Shown here: positions 51,717 to 62,077 of the stretch, one piece after another
How the letters are laid out: the number at the start of each line of letters is the position of its first letter
Position numbering within the stretch: position 1 is the stretch's first letter
Source of the DNA: Shigella phage A2
Direction: 5' to 3' (one strand)
Sequence record: OP197928
DNA: 64,000 nucleotides
The notes under the pieces: model-generated
What the model was told of the DNA's origin: nothing
What the model saw: the letters and a program-made list of their open reading frames with translations, nothing else
Database searches by the model: none
Position numbers and translations under genes: made by a program

Positions 51717-54700
51717 ATGGCCGAGATTAAAAGAAAGTTCAGAGCAGAAGATGGTCTGGACGCAGGTGGTGATAAAATAATCAACGTAGCTTTAGCTGAT
51801 CGTGCCGTAGGAACTGACGGTGTTAACGTTGATTACTTAATTCAAGAAAACACAGTTCAACAATATGATCCAACTCGTGGATATTTAAAAGATTTTGTAA
51901 TCATTTATGATAACCGCTTTTGGGCTGCTATAAATGATATTCCAAAACCGGCAGGAGCTTTTAATAGCGGACGCTGGAGAGCATTACGTACCGATGCTAA
52001 CTGGATTACAGTCTCATCTGGTTCATATCAATTAAAATCTGGTGAAGCTATTTCGGTTAACACTGCAGCTGGTAATGATATTACATTTACTTTACCATCT
52101 ACCCCAATTGACGGTGATACTATCGTTCTCCAAGACATTGGAGGAAAACCTGGAGTTAACCAAGTTTTAATTGTAGCTCCAGTGCAAAGTATTGTAAACT
52201 TCAGAGGCGAGCAAGTACGTTCAGTACTAATGACTCATCCAAAGTCACAGTTAGTTTTAATTTTTAGTAATCGTCTGTGGCAAATGTATGTTGCCGATTA
52301 TAGTAGAGAAGCTGTCGTTGTAACACCAGCAAGTCTCTATCAGGCGCAATCTAATGATTTTATCGTACGTAGATTTACTTCTGCTGCACCAATTAATGTT
52401 AAACTTCCAAGATTTGCTAATCATGGCGATATTATTAATTTCGTTGATTTAGATAAACTGAATCCACTTTATCATACAATTGTTACTACATACGATGAAA
52501 CGACTTCAGTACAAGAAGTTGGAACTCATTCCATTGAAGGCCGTACATCAATTGACGGTTTCTTGATGTTTGATGATAATGAGAAATTGTGGAGATTGTT
52601 TGACGGGGATAGTAAAGCACGTTTACGAATTATAACGACTAATTCTAATATTCGTCCAAACGAAGAAGTCATGGTATTTGGTGCGAATAACGGAACAACT
52701 CAAACAATTGAGCTTCAGCTTCCAACTAATATTTCTGTTGGTGATACTGTTAAAATTTCCATGAATTACATGAGAAAAGGACAAACAGTTAAAATCAAAG
52801 CTGCCGGTGAAGATAAAATTGCTTCTTCAGTTCAATTGCTGCAATTCCCAAAACGTTCAGAATATCCGCCTGAAACTAAATGGGTAACTGTTCAAGAATT
52901 AGTTTTTAACGGTGAAACTAATTATGTTCCAGTTTTACAACTTGCTTATATAGAAGATTCTGATGGAAAATACTGGGTTGTACAACAAAACGTTCCAACC
53001 GTAGAAAGAGTTGATTCTTTGAATGATTCTACTAGAGCAAGATTAGGCGTAATTGCTTTAGCTACACAGGCTCAAGCTAACGTCGATTTAGAAAATTCTC
53101 CACAAAAAGAATTAGCAATTACTCCAGAAACATTAGCTAACCGTACTGCTACAGAAACTCGTAGAGGTATCGCAAGAATAGCAACTACTGCTCAAGTGAA
53201 TCAGAACACCACATTCTCTTTTGCTGATGATATTATCATCACTCCTAAAAAGCTGAATGAAAGAACTGCTACAGAAACTCGCAGAGGTGTTGCAGAAATT
53301 GCTACTCAGCAAGAAACAAACGCAGGAACAGATGATACAACCATCATTACTCCTAAAAAGCTTCAAGCTCGTCAAGGTTCTGAATCATTATCTGGTATTG
53401 TAACCTTTGTATCTACCGCAGGAGCTACTCCAGCTTCTAGTCGTGAATTAAATGGTACAAACGTTTATAATAAAAACACTAATAATTTAGTTGTTTCGCC
53501 TAAAGCTCTGGATCAGTATAAAGCTACTCCAACACAACAAGGTGCAGTAATTTTAGCAGTTGAAAGCGAAGTAATTGCTGGACAAAGCCAAGAAGGATGG
53601 GCAAATGCGGTTGTAACGCCAGAAACGTTACATAAAAAGACATCAACTGATGGAAGAATTGGTTTAATTGAAATTGCTACGCAAAGTGAAGTTAATACAG
53701 GAACTGATTATACTCGTGCAGTCACTCCTAAAACTTTAAATGACCGTAGAGCAACTGAAAGTTTAAGTGGTATAGCTGAAATTGCTACACAAGTTGAATT
53801 CGACGCAGGCGTCGACGATACTCGTATCTCTACACCATTAAAAATTAAAACTAGATTTAATAGTACTGATCGTACTTCTGTTGTTGCTCTATCTGGATTA
53901 GTTGAATCAGGAACTCTCTGGGACCATTATACCCTTAATATTCTTGAAGCAAATGAGACACAGCGTGGTACACTTCGTGTAGCTACACAAGTTGAAGCTG
54001 CTGCAGGAACATTAGATAATGTTTTAATAACTCCTAAAAAGCTTTTAGGTACTAAATCTACCGAATCGCAAGAAGGTGTTATTAAAGTTGCAACTCAAGC
54101 TGAAACCGTAGCTGGAACGTCAGCAAATACTGCTGTATCTCCAAAAAATTTAAAATGGATTGTGCAGAGTGAACCTACCTGGGCAGCTACTACTGCGATA
54201 AGAGGTTTTGTTAAAACTTCATCTGGTTCAATTACATTCGTTGGTAATGATACAGTCGGTTCTACCCAAGATTTAGAACTATATGAGAAAAATAGCTATG
54301 CAGTATCACCATATGAATTAAACCGTGTATTAGCAAATTATTTGCCGTTAAAAGCAAAAGCTGCTGATACAAATTTATTGGATGGTCTAGATTCATCTCA
54401 GTTCATTCGTAGGGATATTGCACAGACGGTTAATGGTTCACTAACCTTAACCCAGCAAACGAATCTGAGTGCCCCTCTTGTATCATCTAGTACTGCTACG
54501 TTTGGTGGATCAGTTTCGGCAAATAGTACATTAACTATTTCTAATACTGGAACGGCAACTCGTCTGATTTTTGAGAAAGGACCTCAAACTGGAACTAACC
54601 CAGCACAGACGATGACTATCAGAGTTTGGGGAAATCAGTTTGGCGGCGGTTCAGATACAACACGTTCTACTGTATTTGAAGTTGGTGATGAAACGTCTAA

Positions 54701-55586
54701 TCACTTTTATTCTCAACGCAATAAAGCTGGTAATATTACGTTTAGCATTAATGGTACTGTAATGCCAATAAATGTTAACGCTTCCGGTTCATTGAATGCG
54801 AATGGCGTAGCAACATTTGGTAGTTCAGTTACAGCCAATGGTGAATTCATTAGCAAGTCTGCAAATGCTTTCAGAGCAATAAATGGCGACTATGGATTCT
54901 TTATTCGCAATGATGCTGCTAACACCTATTTTATGCTTACTGCATCGGGTGATCAGACTGGCGGATTTAATGGATTACGTCCTTTAGCTATTAATAATGC
55001 ATCTGGTCAAGTAACTATTGGTGAAAGCTTAATCATTGCCAAAGGTGCTACTATAAATTCAGGTGGTTTAACTGTTAACTCGAGAATTCGTTCTCAAGGT
55101 TCTAAAACTGCTGATTTATATACTCGTGCTCCTACCGCTGATACAGTCGGATTCTGGTCAATTGACATTGATGATTCAGCTACATATAACCAATTCCCTG
55201 GTTATTTTAAAATGGTTGAAAAAACTAATGAAGTGACTGGGCTTCCATACTTAGAACGTGGTGAAGAAGTTAAATCTCCTGGTACACTGACACAGTTTGG
55301 TAACACACTTGATTCGCTTTACCAAGATTGGATTACTTATCCAACGACACCAGAAGCGCGTACCACTCGCTGGACACGTACATGGCAGAAAACCAAAAAC
55401 TCTTGGTCAAGTTTTGTTCAGGTATTTGACGGAGGTAACCCTCCACAACCGTCTGATATCGGTGCTTTACCATCTGATAATGCTACAATGGGGAATCTTA
55501 CTATTCGTGATTTCTTACGAATTGGTAATGTTCGCATTATTCCTGACCCAGTGAATAAAACGGTTAAATTTGAATGGGTTGAATAA
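51717..55586 (+). CDS. 34: Long tail fibre proximal subunit gp34
   Basis: 1289 aa, T4 gp34 size; repeated ATE(T/S)RRG(I/V)A..AT motifs. Confidence 0.97.
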   Translation: MAEIKRKFRAEDGLDAGGDKIINVALADRAVGTDGVNVDYLIQENTVQQYDPTRGYLKDFVIIYDNRFWAAINDIPKPAGAFNSGRWRALRTDANWITVSSGSYQLKSGEAISVNTAAGNDITFTLPSTPIDGDTIVLQDIGGKPGVNQVLIVAPVQSIVNFRGEQVRSVLMTHPKSQLVLIFSNRLWQMYVADYSREAVVVTPASLYQAQSNDFIVRRFTSAAPINVKLPRFANHGDIINFVDLDKLNPLYHTIVTTYDETTSVQEVGTHSIEGRTSIDGFLMFDDNEKLWRLFDGDSKARLRIITTNSNIRPNEEVMVFGANNGTTQTIELQLPTNISVGDTVKISMNYMRKGQTVKIKAAGEDKIASSVQLLQFPKRSEYPPETKWVTVQELVFNGETNYVPVLQLAYIEDSDGKYWVVQQNVPTVERVDSLNDSTRARLGVIALATQAQANVDLENSPQKELAITPETLANRTATETRRGIARIATTAQVNQNTTFSFADDIIITPKKLNERTATETRRGVAEIATQQETNAGTDDTTIITPKKLQARQGSESLSGIVTFVSTAGATPASSRELNGTNVYNKNTNNLVVSPKALDQYKATPTQQGAVILAVESEVIAGQSQEGWANAVVTPETLHKKTSTDGRIGLIEIATQSEVNTGTDYTRAVTPKTLNDRRATESLSGIAEIATQVEFDAGVDDTRISTPLKIKTRFNSTDRTSVVALSGLVESGTLWDHYTLNILEANETQRGTLRVATQVEAAAGTLDNVLITPKKLLGTKSTESQEGVIKVATQAETVAGTSANTAVSPKNLKWIVQSEPTWAATTAIRGFVKTSSGSITFVGNDTVGSTQDLELYEKNSYAVSPYELNRVLANYLPLKAKAADTNLLDGLDSSQFIRRDIAQTVNGSLTLTQQTNLSAPLVSSSTATFGGSVSANSTLTISNTGTATRLIFEKGPQTGTNPAQTMTIRVWGNQFGGGSDTTRSTVFEVGDETSNHFYSQRNKAGNITFSINGTVMPINVNASGSLNANGVATFGSSVTANGEFISKSANAFRAINGDYGFFIRNDAANTYFMLTASGDQTGGFNGLRPLAINNASGQVTIGESLIIAKGATINSGGLTVNSRIRSQGSKTADLYTRAPTADTVGFWSIDIDDSATYNQFPGYFKMVEKTNEVTGLPYLERGEEVKSPGTLTQFGNTLDSLYQDWITYPTTPEARTTRWTRTWQKTKNSWSSFVQVFDGGNPPQPSDIGALPSDNATMGNLTIRDFLRIGNVRIIPDPVNKTVKFEWVE

Positions 55587-55594
55587 GAGGTATT

Positions 55595-56710
55595 ATGGAA
55601 AAATTTATGGCAGAGTTTGGACAAGGATATGTCCAAACGCCATTTTTATCGGAAAGTAATTCAGTAAGATATAAAATAAGTATAGCGGGTTCTTGCCCGC
55701 TTTCTACGGCAGGACCATACGTTAAATTTCAGGATAATCCTGTTGGAAGTCAAACATTTAGCGCAGGACTTCATTTAAGAGTTTTTGATCCTTCCACCGG
55801 AGCATTAGTTGATAGTAAGTCATATGCCTTTTCGACTTCAAACGATACTACATCAGCTGCTTTTGTTAGTTTCATGAATTCTTTGGCGAATAACAGACTT
55901 GTTGCTATATTAACTAACGGAAAGGTTAATTTTCCTCCTGAAGTAGTATCTTGGTTAAGAACAGCAGGAACGTCTGCTTTTCCATCTGACTCTGTATTGT
56001 CAAGATTCGACGTATCATATGCTGCTTTTTATACTTCTTCTAAAAGAGCTATTGCATTAGAGCATGTTAAACTGAGTAATAGAAAAAGCACAGATGATTA
56101 TCAAACTATTTTAGATGTTGTATTTGACAGTTTAGAAGACGTCGGAGCTACCGGGTTTCCAAGAAGAACGTATGAAAGCGTTGAGCAATTTATGTCAGCG
56201 GTTGGTGGAACTAATAACGAAATTGCAAGATTACCAACTTCAGCTGCTATAAGTAAACTATCTGACTACAATTTAATTCCTGGCGATGTTCTTTATCTTA
56301 AAGCACAGTTATATGCTGATGCCGATTTACTTGCGCTTGGAACAACAAATATATCTATCCGTTTTTATAACGCATCTAATGGATATATTTCCTCGACACA
56401 AGCTGAGTTTACTGGACAAGCTGGATCTTGGGAATTAAAAGAAGATTATGTGGTTGTTCCAGAAAACGCTGTCGGATTTACGATATATGCACAGAGAACT
56501 GCGCAAGCTGGTCAAGGTGGCATGAGAAATTTAAGCTTTTCTGAAGTGTCAAGAAATGGAGGTATTTCGAAACCTGCTGAATTTGGCGTCAATGGCATTC
56601 GTGTTAATTATATCTGTGAATCTGCTTCACCTCCGGATATAATGGTACTTCCTACGCAAGCATCGTCTAAAACTGGTAAAGTGTTTGGGCAAGAATTTAG
56701 AGAAGTTTAA
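55595..56710 (+). CDS. 35: Long tail fibre hinge connector gp35
   Basis: 371 aa, T4 gp35 size and position. Confidence 0.9.
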   Translation: MEKFMAEFGQGYVQTPFLSESNSVRYKISIAGSCPLSTAGPYVKFQDNPVGSQTFSAGLHLRVFDPSTGALVDSKSYAFSTSNDTTSAAFVSFMNSLANNRLVAILTNGKVNFPPEVVSWLRTAGTSAFPSDSVLSRFDVSYAAFYTSSKRAIALEHVKLSNRKSTDDYQTILDVVFDSLEDVGATGFPRRTYESVEQFMSAVGGTNNEIARLPTSAAISKLSDYNLIPGDVLYLKAQLYADADLLALGTTNISIRFYNASNGYISSTQAEFTGQAGSWELKEDYVVVPENAVGFTIYAQRTAQAGQGGMRNLSFSEVSRNGGISKPAEFGVNGIRVNYICESASPPDIMVLPTQASSKTGKVFGQEFREV

Positions 56711-56715
56711 ATTGA

Positions 56716-56740
56716 GGGAGCCTTCGGGTTCCCTTTTTCT
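56716..56740 (+). terminator. Intrinsic terminator after gene 35 (GGGAGCC-UUCG-GGUUCCC then UUUUU)
   Basis: GC stem with UUCG tetraloop and T5 run. Confidence 0.7.
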
Positions 56741-56741
56741 T

Positions 56742-56749
56742 TATAAATA
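56742..56749 (+). promoter_or_regulatory. T4-type late promoter box TATAAATA upstream of gene 36
   Basis: Exact TATAAATA 24 nt upstream of ATG 56773. Confidence 0.6.
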
Positions 56750-56772
56750 CTATTAAAATAAAGGGGCATACA

Positions 56773-57438
56773 ATGGCTGATTTAAAAGTAGGTTCAACAA
56801 CTGGAGGCTCTGTCATTTGGCATCAAGGAAATTTTCCATTGAATCCAGCCGGTGACGATGTACTCTATAAATCATTTAAAATATATTCAGAATACAATAA
56901 ACCACAAGCTGTTGATAACGATTTCGTTTCTAAAGCTAATGGTGGTACTTATGCATCAAAGGTAACATTTAATGCTGGTGTTCAAGTACCATATGCTGTA
57001 AACAATACAAACCCGTGCGGTATTTATCCAGGTAACGGTGATAATGCTACTTTTGCTGTAGCAAATATCGATATTGTTTCGTGGAATGGTATTGGTTTTA
57101 AATCATCACAGGGTTCAGCAGCCCGAACTGTTGTAATTAATGCACGTAATGGTGATATTAGTACAAAAGGCGTTGTGTCGGCAGCAGGTCAAGTAAGAAG
57201 TGATGCGGCTGCTCCTATAGCAGCGAATGACCTTACTAGAAAGGACTATGTTGATGGAGCAATAAATACTGTTACAGCAAATGCGAACTCTAGAGTGTTA
57301 CGATCTGGTGATACTATGACTGGAAACTTAACCGCACCAAACTTTTTCTCACAGAATCCTGCATCTCAACCTTCACATGTTCCACGATTTGACCAAATCG
57401 TAATTAAGGATTCTGTTCAAGATTTCGGCTATTATTAA
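56773..57438 (+). CDS. 36: Long tail fibre distal connector gp36
   Basis: 221 aa, T4 gp36 size. Confidence 0.9.
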   Translation: MADLKVGSTTGGSVIWHQGNFPLNPAGDDVLYKSFKIYSEYNKPQAVDNDFVSKANGGTYASKVTFNAGVQVPYAVNNTNPCGIYPGNGDNATFAVANIDIVSWNGIGFKSSQGSAARTVVINARNGDISTKGVVSAAGQVRSDAAAPIAANDLTRKDYVDGAINTVTANANSRVLRSGDTMTGNLTAPNFFSQNPASQPSHVPRFDQIVIKDSVQDFGYY

Positions 57439-57446
57439 GAGGACTT

Positions 57447-60400
57447 ATGGCTACTTTAAAACAAATACAATTTAAAAGAAGCAAAACTGCAGGTCAACGT
57501 CCTGCTGCTTCAGTATTAGCCGAAGGTGAATTGGCTATAAACTTAAAAGACCGTACTCTTTTTACTAAAGATGACTCGGGAAATATTATTGATTTAAGCA
57601 TTACCGCTGGCGGTAATATTAGTGGAAATATCACTCAAACTGGCGATTATACACAGACTGGAAAATTTAATTTAATTGGTCCGCAAATTGTAGCAAGCGG
57701 TGGATATATTGAGTTTAATTATCGTACTACTGGAAGTGGGGCTTGGTCCGGTCAACACACTGCAAAAGCTCCAATTTTTGTAGATTTAAGCTCAGCTACT
57801 TCCACATCTGAATATAATCCTATAATTAAACAGCGCTTTAAAGATGGAACTTTTTCATTAGGTACTTTAGTTTCTGAAGGTTCGTTGAAGATTCATTATA
57901 TTGATGAAACTGGTCAATCTAAATATTGGACATTTGCGCGCTCAGGTAATTTTCAAGTTGATTCTGGTAATTTATTAGTATCTGGTGGGTATTTAGTCGC
58001 TCAGAGTAATATTGAAACAAGAACAGGTTCTTTGATTGGTCCATCTGTTGTAACTAAAAATATTTCATTTGATACGAAAGCGTTTGGACAATACGATTCG
58101 CAGTCATTAGTTCAATATGTTTATCCTGGAACTGGTGAAACAAACGGAATTAATTACCTTCGTAAATTCCGTGCAAAATCTGGTGGTACGATTTATCATG
58201 AATTAGCTTCTGCACAAACCGGAAAAAGTGATGAACTGTCTTGGTGGACCGGTAATACAGCCGTTAATAAACAAATGGGCCTTCGCAATGATGGGTCTTT
58301 AGTGTTGCGACGCTCACTCGCAATTGGTACAATTACAACAGATGAAAACATTAATAATTACGGCTCCACTGGAGCAATGGGTGAATGCTATATAGTCATT
58401 GGAGATGCCGCAACTGGTGTATCATATAAAAGATCTGGTGTATATGATTTAGTTGCTAATGGTCTTTCTATCGCGTCTATTACTCCTGATAGTTTCCGTA
58501 GTACTCGTAAAGCGTTATTTGGACGTTCAGAAGACCAAGGCGGAACCTGGACAATGCCTGGAACGAATGCTGCATTTTTATCAGTTCAAACACAGGCTGA
58601 TGAAAACAGTGCTGGAGACGGTCAGACACATATTGGCTATAATTCAGGCGGAAAAATGAACCACTATTTCCGCGGCAAAGGCAAAACTAATATTAATACT
58701 CAAGAAGGCATGGAAGTTAACCCGGGTATTCTTAAAATAGTAACCGGTGCAAATAATGTAATGTTTTATGCTGATGGCGGTATTACATCCACTAAGCAGC
58801 TTTCAATATATAATGGTGTATATTTAGCAGCTAATAATTCTACTGCTGGGCTAACATTCGCTCCAACTACTACAATTGATGGCACTAAGCAAATTTTGTG
58901 GGAAGGTGGTAAGCGCGCTGGACAGAATAAAAGCTATGTAACTGTTAAAGCGTGGGGTAATTCATTTAACGCATCTGGCGATCGTAATCGTGAAACAGTT
59001 TTTGAAGTAGCTGACGGACAAGGTTATTATTTTTATTCCCAGCGTGTAGCCCCAAGCGGCTCAGAAACTACTGGTCCTGTTGTAACTCAGTTTGCTGGAG
59101 CTGTTAATGCTAGAGGAAGTATTATTACTGACGGAAGTTTTAAAGTTAATGGATTGAGCACTTTAGTCGGTAATGTTACCATGTCTAATGGTTTGTTTGT
59201 CCAAGGTGGTTCTTCTGTTACTGGACAAGTTAAAATCGGCGGAACTGCTGATGCATTAAGAATTTGGAATGCCGAATATGGTGCTATTTTCCGTCGCTCA
59301 GAAAGTAATCTTTATATTATCCCGACTCCTAAAGATGCTGGAGAATCTGGTGGTATAAGTAATCTTAGACCATTGATAATAGAACTGAACACTGGCACAG
59401 TTAAAATGTCGCATGATGTTCATTTAGGAGATTCTGGATCTGGTACAGGATTATTACAAGTAAGTAATAGTCTTAAAACTATTAAAATGATATGTCCAGT
59501 AACTATTAATGAACGCAATGCAGCGCTTACTCTAGATTCTCCTTCATCTTCTTCTGCTAATTATTTGCAGGGTTCTAAAGCTGGAACTAGATCGTGGTAT
59601 GTTGGTCTTGGTGGTGCTGGAAATGATTTATCACTTTATAGCCAATCTTATGGGCATGGTCTTGTTATAAGTGATAATTTCGTGTCAATCACTAAACCCT
59701 TTAAAGTCGGAAATGCCCAACTAGGAACTGACGGTAATATTACCAACGGTTCAGGAAACTTTGCTAACTTAAATACCACGTTAAATCGTAAAGTTAATTC
59801 TGGATTTATTACTTATGGAGCAACTGCTGGATGGTATAAGTTTGCAACAGTAACAATGCCACAATCCACTTCGACAGTCTTCTTTAAAATAGCCGGTGGT
59901 TCTGGATTTAATAGCGGATTATTCACACAATGTAATATTGCTGAAATTGTTTTACGTACTAGCAATGAAAGACCTGCTGACTTAAATGCTGTATTATACA
60001 CAAGAACAATTGGATCTGCATTTAAAGATATTGCAGTTAATAACGTCTCTGGAGATACATATGACATTTATGTTTCTGCCGGAACATATTGCAATCAATT
60101 AACTTGTGAATGGACATGTACTGAAAACGCTACGGTTAGTGTTATTGGTATTAACTCATCTACACAATCGCCTGTAGATGCTCTTCCAGACACAGCAGTT
60201 AACGGTCAAGTTGCTAATGTTCTTAATAACTTGGTTGATCGCGGTAAAGTTAAACGTTACGAAGCTGATTCTGAAATAGCTATTAATAACCAAACCGGCA
60301 TTCGTATTAGAAGCAACGGCGATAAAACTGGTTCTATTGCTACAATGCTACGAAATGATGGCGGTAGTTTTTATATTCTGTTTACAGATAAAAATGCCAC

Positions 60401-61229
60401 CGATGGCGCAGCAACTGTTAACGGCGATTGGAATAGTAAGCGTCCTTTCGCAATTAACTTAACAACCGGTGAAGTGCTAATGAATAACGGTATAGCTGTT
60501 CGCAGCGCTGCTTTATTCTATAATAGCATAAACGTCAAAGATAATGGTTCTATTAACTTTGATAAATCAGGCGCTAACCCTAGAAATATGAGAATATTTC
60601 ATGCTGGCGATGCTTCTCGCGGTAACCGTATTGAAATTGCCGATGAAACTAACTATATTGCTTACTTTGAAAAAGCTCCAGGTGGAGCTAACCGCTTTGT
60701 AGTAAATAATGCTACTGTGGCTGGTGTTAATCAAATGAATTCATTTGGTATTAACATCAATAACGCACTTGGTGGAAACAGTATAGCATTTGGTGATAAT
60801 GACACGGGTATTAAGCAAAACGGCGATGGATTATTAGACATTTATGCGAATGGTGTGCAAACGTTCCGTTTCCAAAACGGTGATTTGTACTCATATAAAA
60901 ATATAAATGCCCCAAACGTTTATATTCGTTCTGATATTCGCTTAAAATCTAATTTCAAACCTATCGAAAATGCACTTGATAAAGTTGAAAAACTCAATGG
61001 TGTCATTTATGATAAAGCTGAATACATCGGTGGAGAGGCAATTGAAACTGAAGCGGGTATTGTGGCTCAAACGTTACAAGACGTTTTACCAGAAGCTGTC
61101 CGTGAAACAGAAGACAGCAAGGGTAATAAAATACTCACTGTTTCTTCTCAAGCCCAGATTGCTCTTCTGGTTGAAGCTGTGAAAACACTTTCTTCTCGTG
61201 TAAAAGAACTTGAATCTAAACTTATGTAA
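57447..61229 (+). CDS. 37: Long tail fibre distal subunit gp37 (T2-type, with C-terminal intramolecular chaperone domain)
   Basis: 1260 aa (T4 gp37 is about 1026); N-terminal part T4-like; C-terminus carries SDIRLK autoproteolysis motif and coiled-coil tail. Confidence 0.93.
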   Translation: MATLKQIQFKRSKTAGQRPAASVLAEGELAINLKDRTLFTKDDSGNIIDLSITAGGNISGNITQTGDYTQTGKFNLIGPQIVASGGYIEFNYRTTGSGAWSGQHTAKAPIFVDLSSATSTSEYNPIIKQRFKDGTFSLGTLVSEGSLKIHYIDETGQSKYWTFARSGNFQVDSGNLLVSGGYLVAQSNIETRTGSLIGPSVVTKNISFDTKAFGQYDSQSLVQYVYPGTGETNGINYLRKFRAKSGGTIYHELASAQTGKSDELSWWTGNTAVNKQMGLRNDGSLVLRRSLAIGTITTDENINNYGSTGAMGECYIVIGDAATGVSYKRSGVYDLVANGLSIASITPDSFRSTRKALFGRSEDQGGTWTMPGTNAAFLSVQTQADENSAGDGQTHIGYNSGGKMNHYFRGKGKTNINTQEGMEVNPGILKIVTGANNVMFYADGGITSTKQLSIYNGVYLAANNSTAGLTFAPTTTIDGTKQILWEGGKRAGQNKSYVTVKAWGNSFNASGDRNRETVFEVADGQGYYFYSQRVAPSGSETTGPVVTQFAGAVNARGSIITDGSFKVNGLSTLVGNVTMSNGLFVQGGSSVTGQVKIGGTADALRIWNAEYGAIFRRSESNLYIIPTPKDAGESGGISNLRPLIIELNTGTVKMSHDVHLGDSGSGTGLLQVSNSLKTIKMICPVTINERNAALTLDSPSSSSANYLQGSKAGTRSWYVGLGGAGNDLSLYSQSYGHGLVISDNFVSITKPFKVGNAQLGTDGNITNGSGNFANLNTTLNRKVNSGFITYGATAGWYKFATVTMPQSTSTVFFKIAGGSGFNSGLFTQCNIAEIVLRTSNERPADLNAVLYTRTIGSAFKDIAVNNVSGDTYDIYVSAGTYCNQLTCEWTCTENATVSVIGINSSTQSPVDALPDTAVNGQVANVLNNLVDRGKVKRYEADSEIAINNQTGIRIRSNGDKTGSIATMLRNDGGSFYILFTDKNATDGAATVNGDWNSKRPFAINLTTGEVLMNNGIAVRSAALFYNSINVKDNGSINFDKSGANPRNMRIFHAGDASRGNRIEIADETNYIAYFEKAPGGANRFVVNNATVAGVNQMNSFGININNALGGNSIAFGDNDTGIKQNGDGLLDIYANGVQTFRFQNGDLYSYKNINAPNVYIRSDIRLKSNFKPIENALDKVEKLNGVIYDKAEYIGGEAIETEAGIVAQTLQDVLPEAVRETEDSKGNKILTVSSQAQIALLVEAVKTLSSRVKELESKLM

Positions 61230-61230
61230 A

Positions 61231-61256
61231 AGAGGGCTTCGGCCCTCTAAGGATTT
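61231..61256 (+). terminator. Hairpin after gene 37 (AGAGGGC-UUCG-GCCCUCU) with downstream U-run
   Basis: 7-bp stem, UUCG tetraloop, then AAGGATTTTTA containing the gene 38 SD; probably attenuating. Confidence 0.5.
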
Positions 61257-61259
61257 TTA

Positions 61260-62045
61260 ATGGCAATTGTAGGTGTTCCTGGCTGGATTGGTGAATCTGC
61301 CGTGAATGAAACTGGACAACGTTGGATGGATGCTGCAATGAGAGCAGTCCGTGTTTCAGTTCCCGGTTGGATGAGCTCAATGGCCGGACAATCTAAAGAA
61401 GTATATTATAGCATTGGTGCTAGTAATTCTTATAATAAAGATACATTAATAAACTGGATAAAAGCACAAGGGTCCACGCCTGTTGTTATTACTATTACAG
61501 GAAATATTGTTTCTCAATCTACTGGTGTTCCATGCTTAGATTTTCCTAGCTCATTAACTAATGCATACGTGACACTTAATATCAATTCAGGCGTGCATGT
61601 TTGGGGCCGTGGTGGGAATGGCGGAAATAACTCTGCCGGTAGAGCAGGAGGAACTGCAATAAATAATGGAATTGGAACTAGATTGCGTATTAACAACAAT
61701 GGTGTTATCGCAGGAGGCGGTGGCGGCGGTGGAGGCGGATATTATTCTCCTTTTTCACAAATGAAATTGACTTTTGGCGGTGGCGGCGGTCGTCCATTTG
61801 GTGCTGCTGGCGGGTCTGCTAATATGGAACAGGGCGCTACTGCTGGTACTATTTCTGCACCTGGTAAAGGGTCTGTCAATGGTATCTATAATGGCGGGAA
61901 TGGCGGTGATGCTGGTGCCGCAGGTGGTAAATGTAATATTCGTGGGCAAGGATCAGAATATAACGGCGGCGCGGCTGGTAAAGCTGTTACTGGTAATGCT
62001 CCAACTTGGACTAAGGTTGGTACAATATATGGTTCAAGAGTATAA
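61260..62045 (+). CDS. 38: Receptor-recognising adhesin gp38 (T2-type, glycine-rich motifs)
   Basis: 261 aa; conserved N-terminal gp37-attachment region followed by several Gly-rich motifs separated by variable segments. Confidence 0.85.
   Translation: MAIVGVPGWIGESAVNETGQRWMDAAMRAVRVSVPGWMSSMAGQSKEVYYSIGASNSYNKDTLINWIKAQGSTPVVITITGNIVSQSTGVPCLDFPSSLTNAYVTLNINSGVHVWGRGGNGGNNSAGRAGGTAINNGIGTRLRINNNGVIAGGGGGGGGGYYSPFSQMKLTFGGGGGRPFGAAGGSANMEQGATAGTISAPGKGSVNGIYNGGNGGDAGAAGGKCNIRGQGSEYNGGAAGKAVTGNAPTWTKVGTIYGSRV
61713..61739 (+). repeat. Nine consecutive glycine codons (GGA GGC GGT GGC GGC GGT GGA GGC GGA) inside gene 38
   Basis: Direct reading of codons in the gene 38 frame; second G5 tract at 61774..61797. 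Confidence 0.9.
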
Positions 62046-62077
62046 TTTTTGAATAAATATCCTTAAAAGGAGGGTCT

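Noticed and set aside
61514-61949. Short minus-strand and alternate-frame ORFs inside gene 38
   Set aside because: Generated by the GGN-rich glycine tracts (reverse complement gives Pro/Ala-rich frames); not independent genes.
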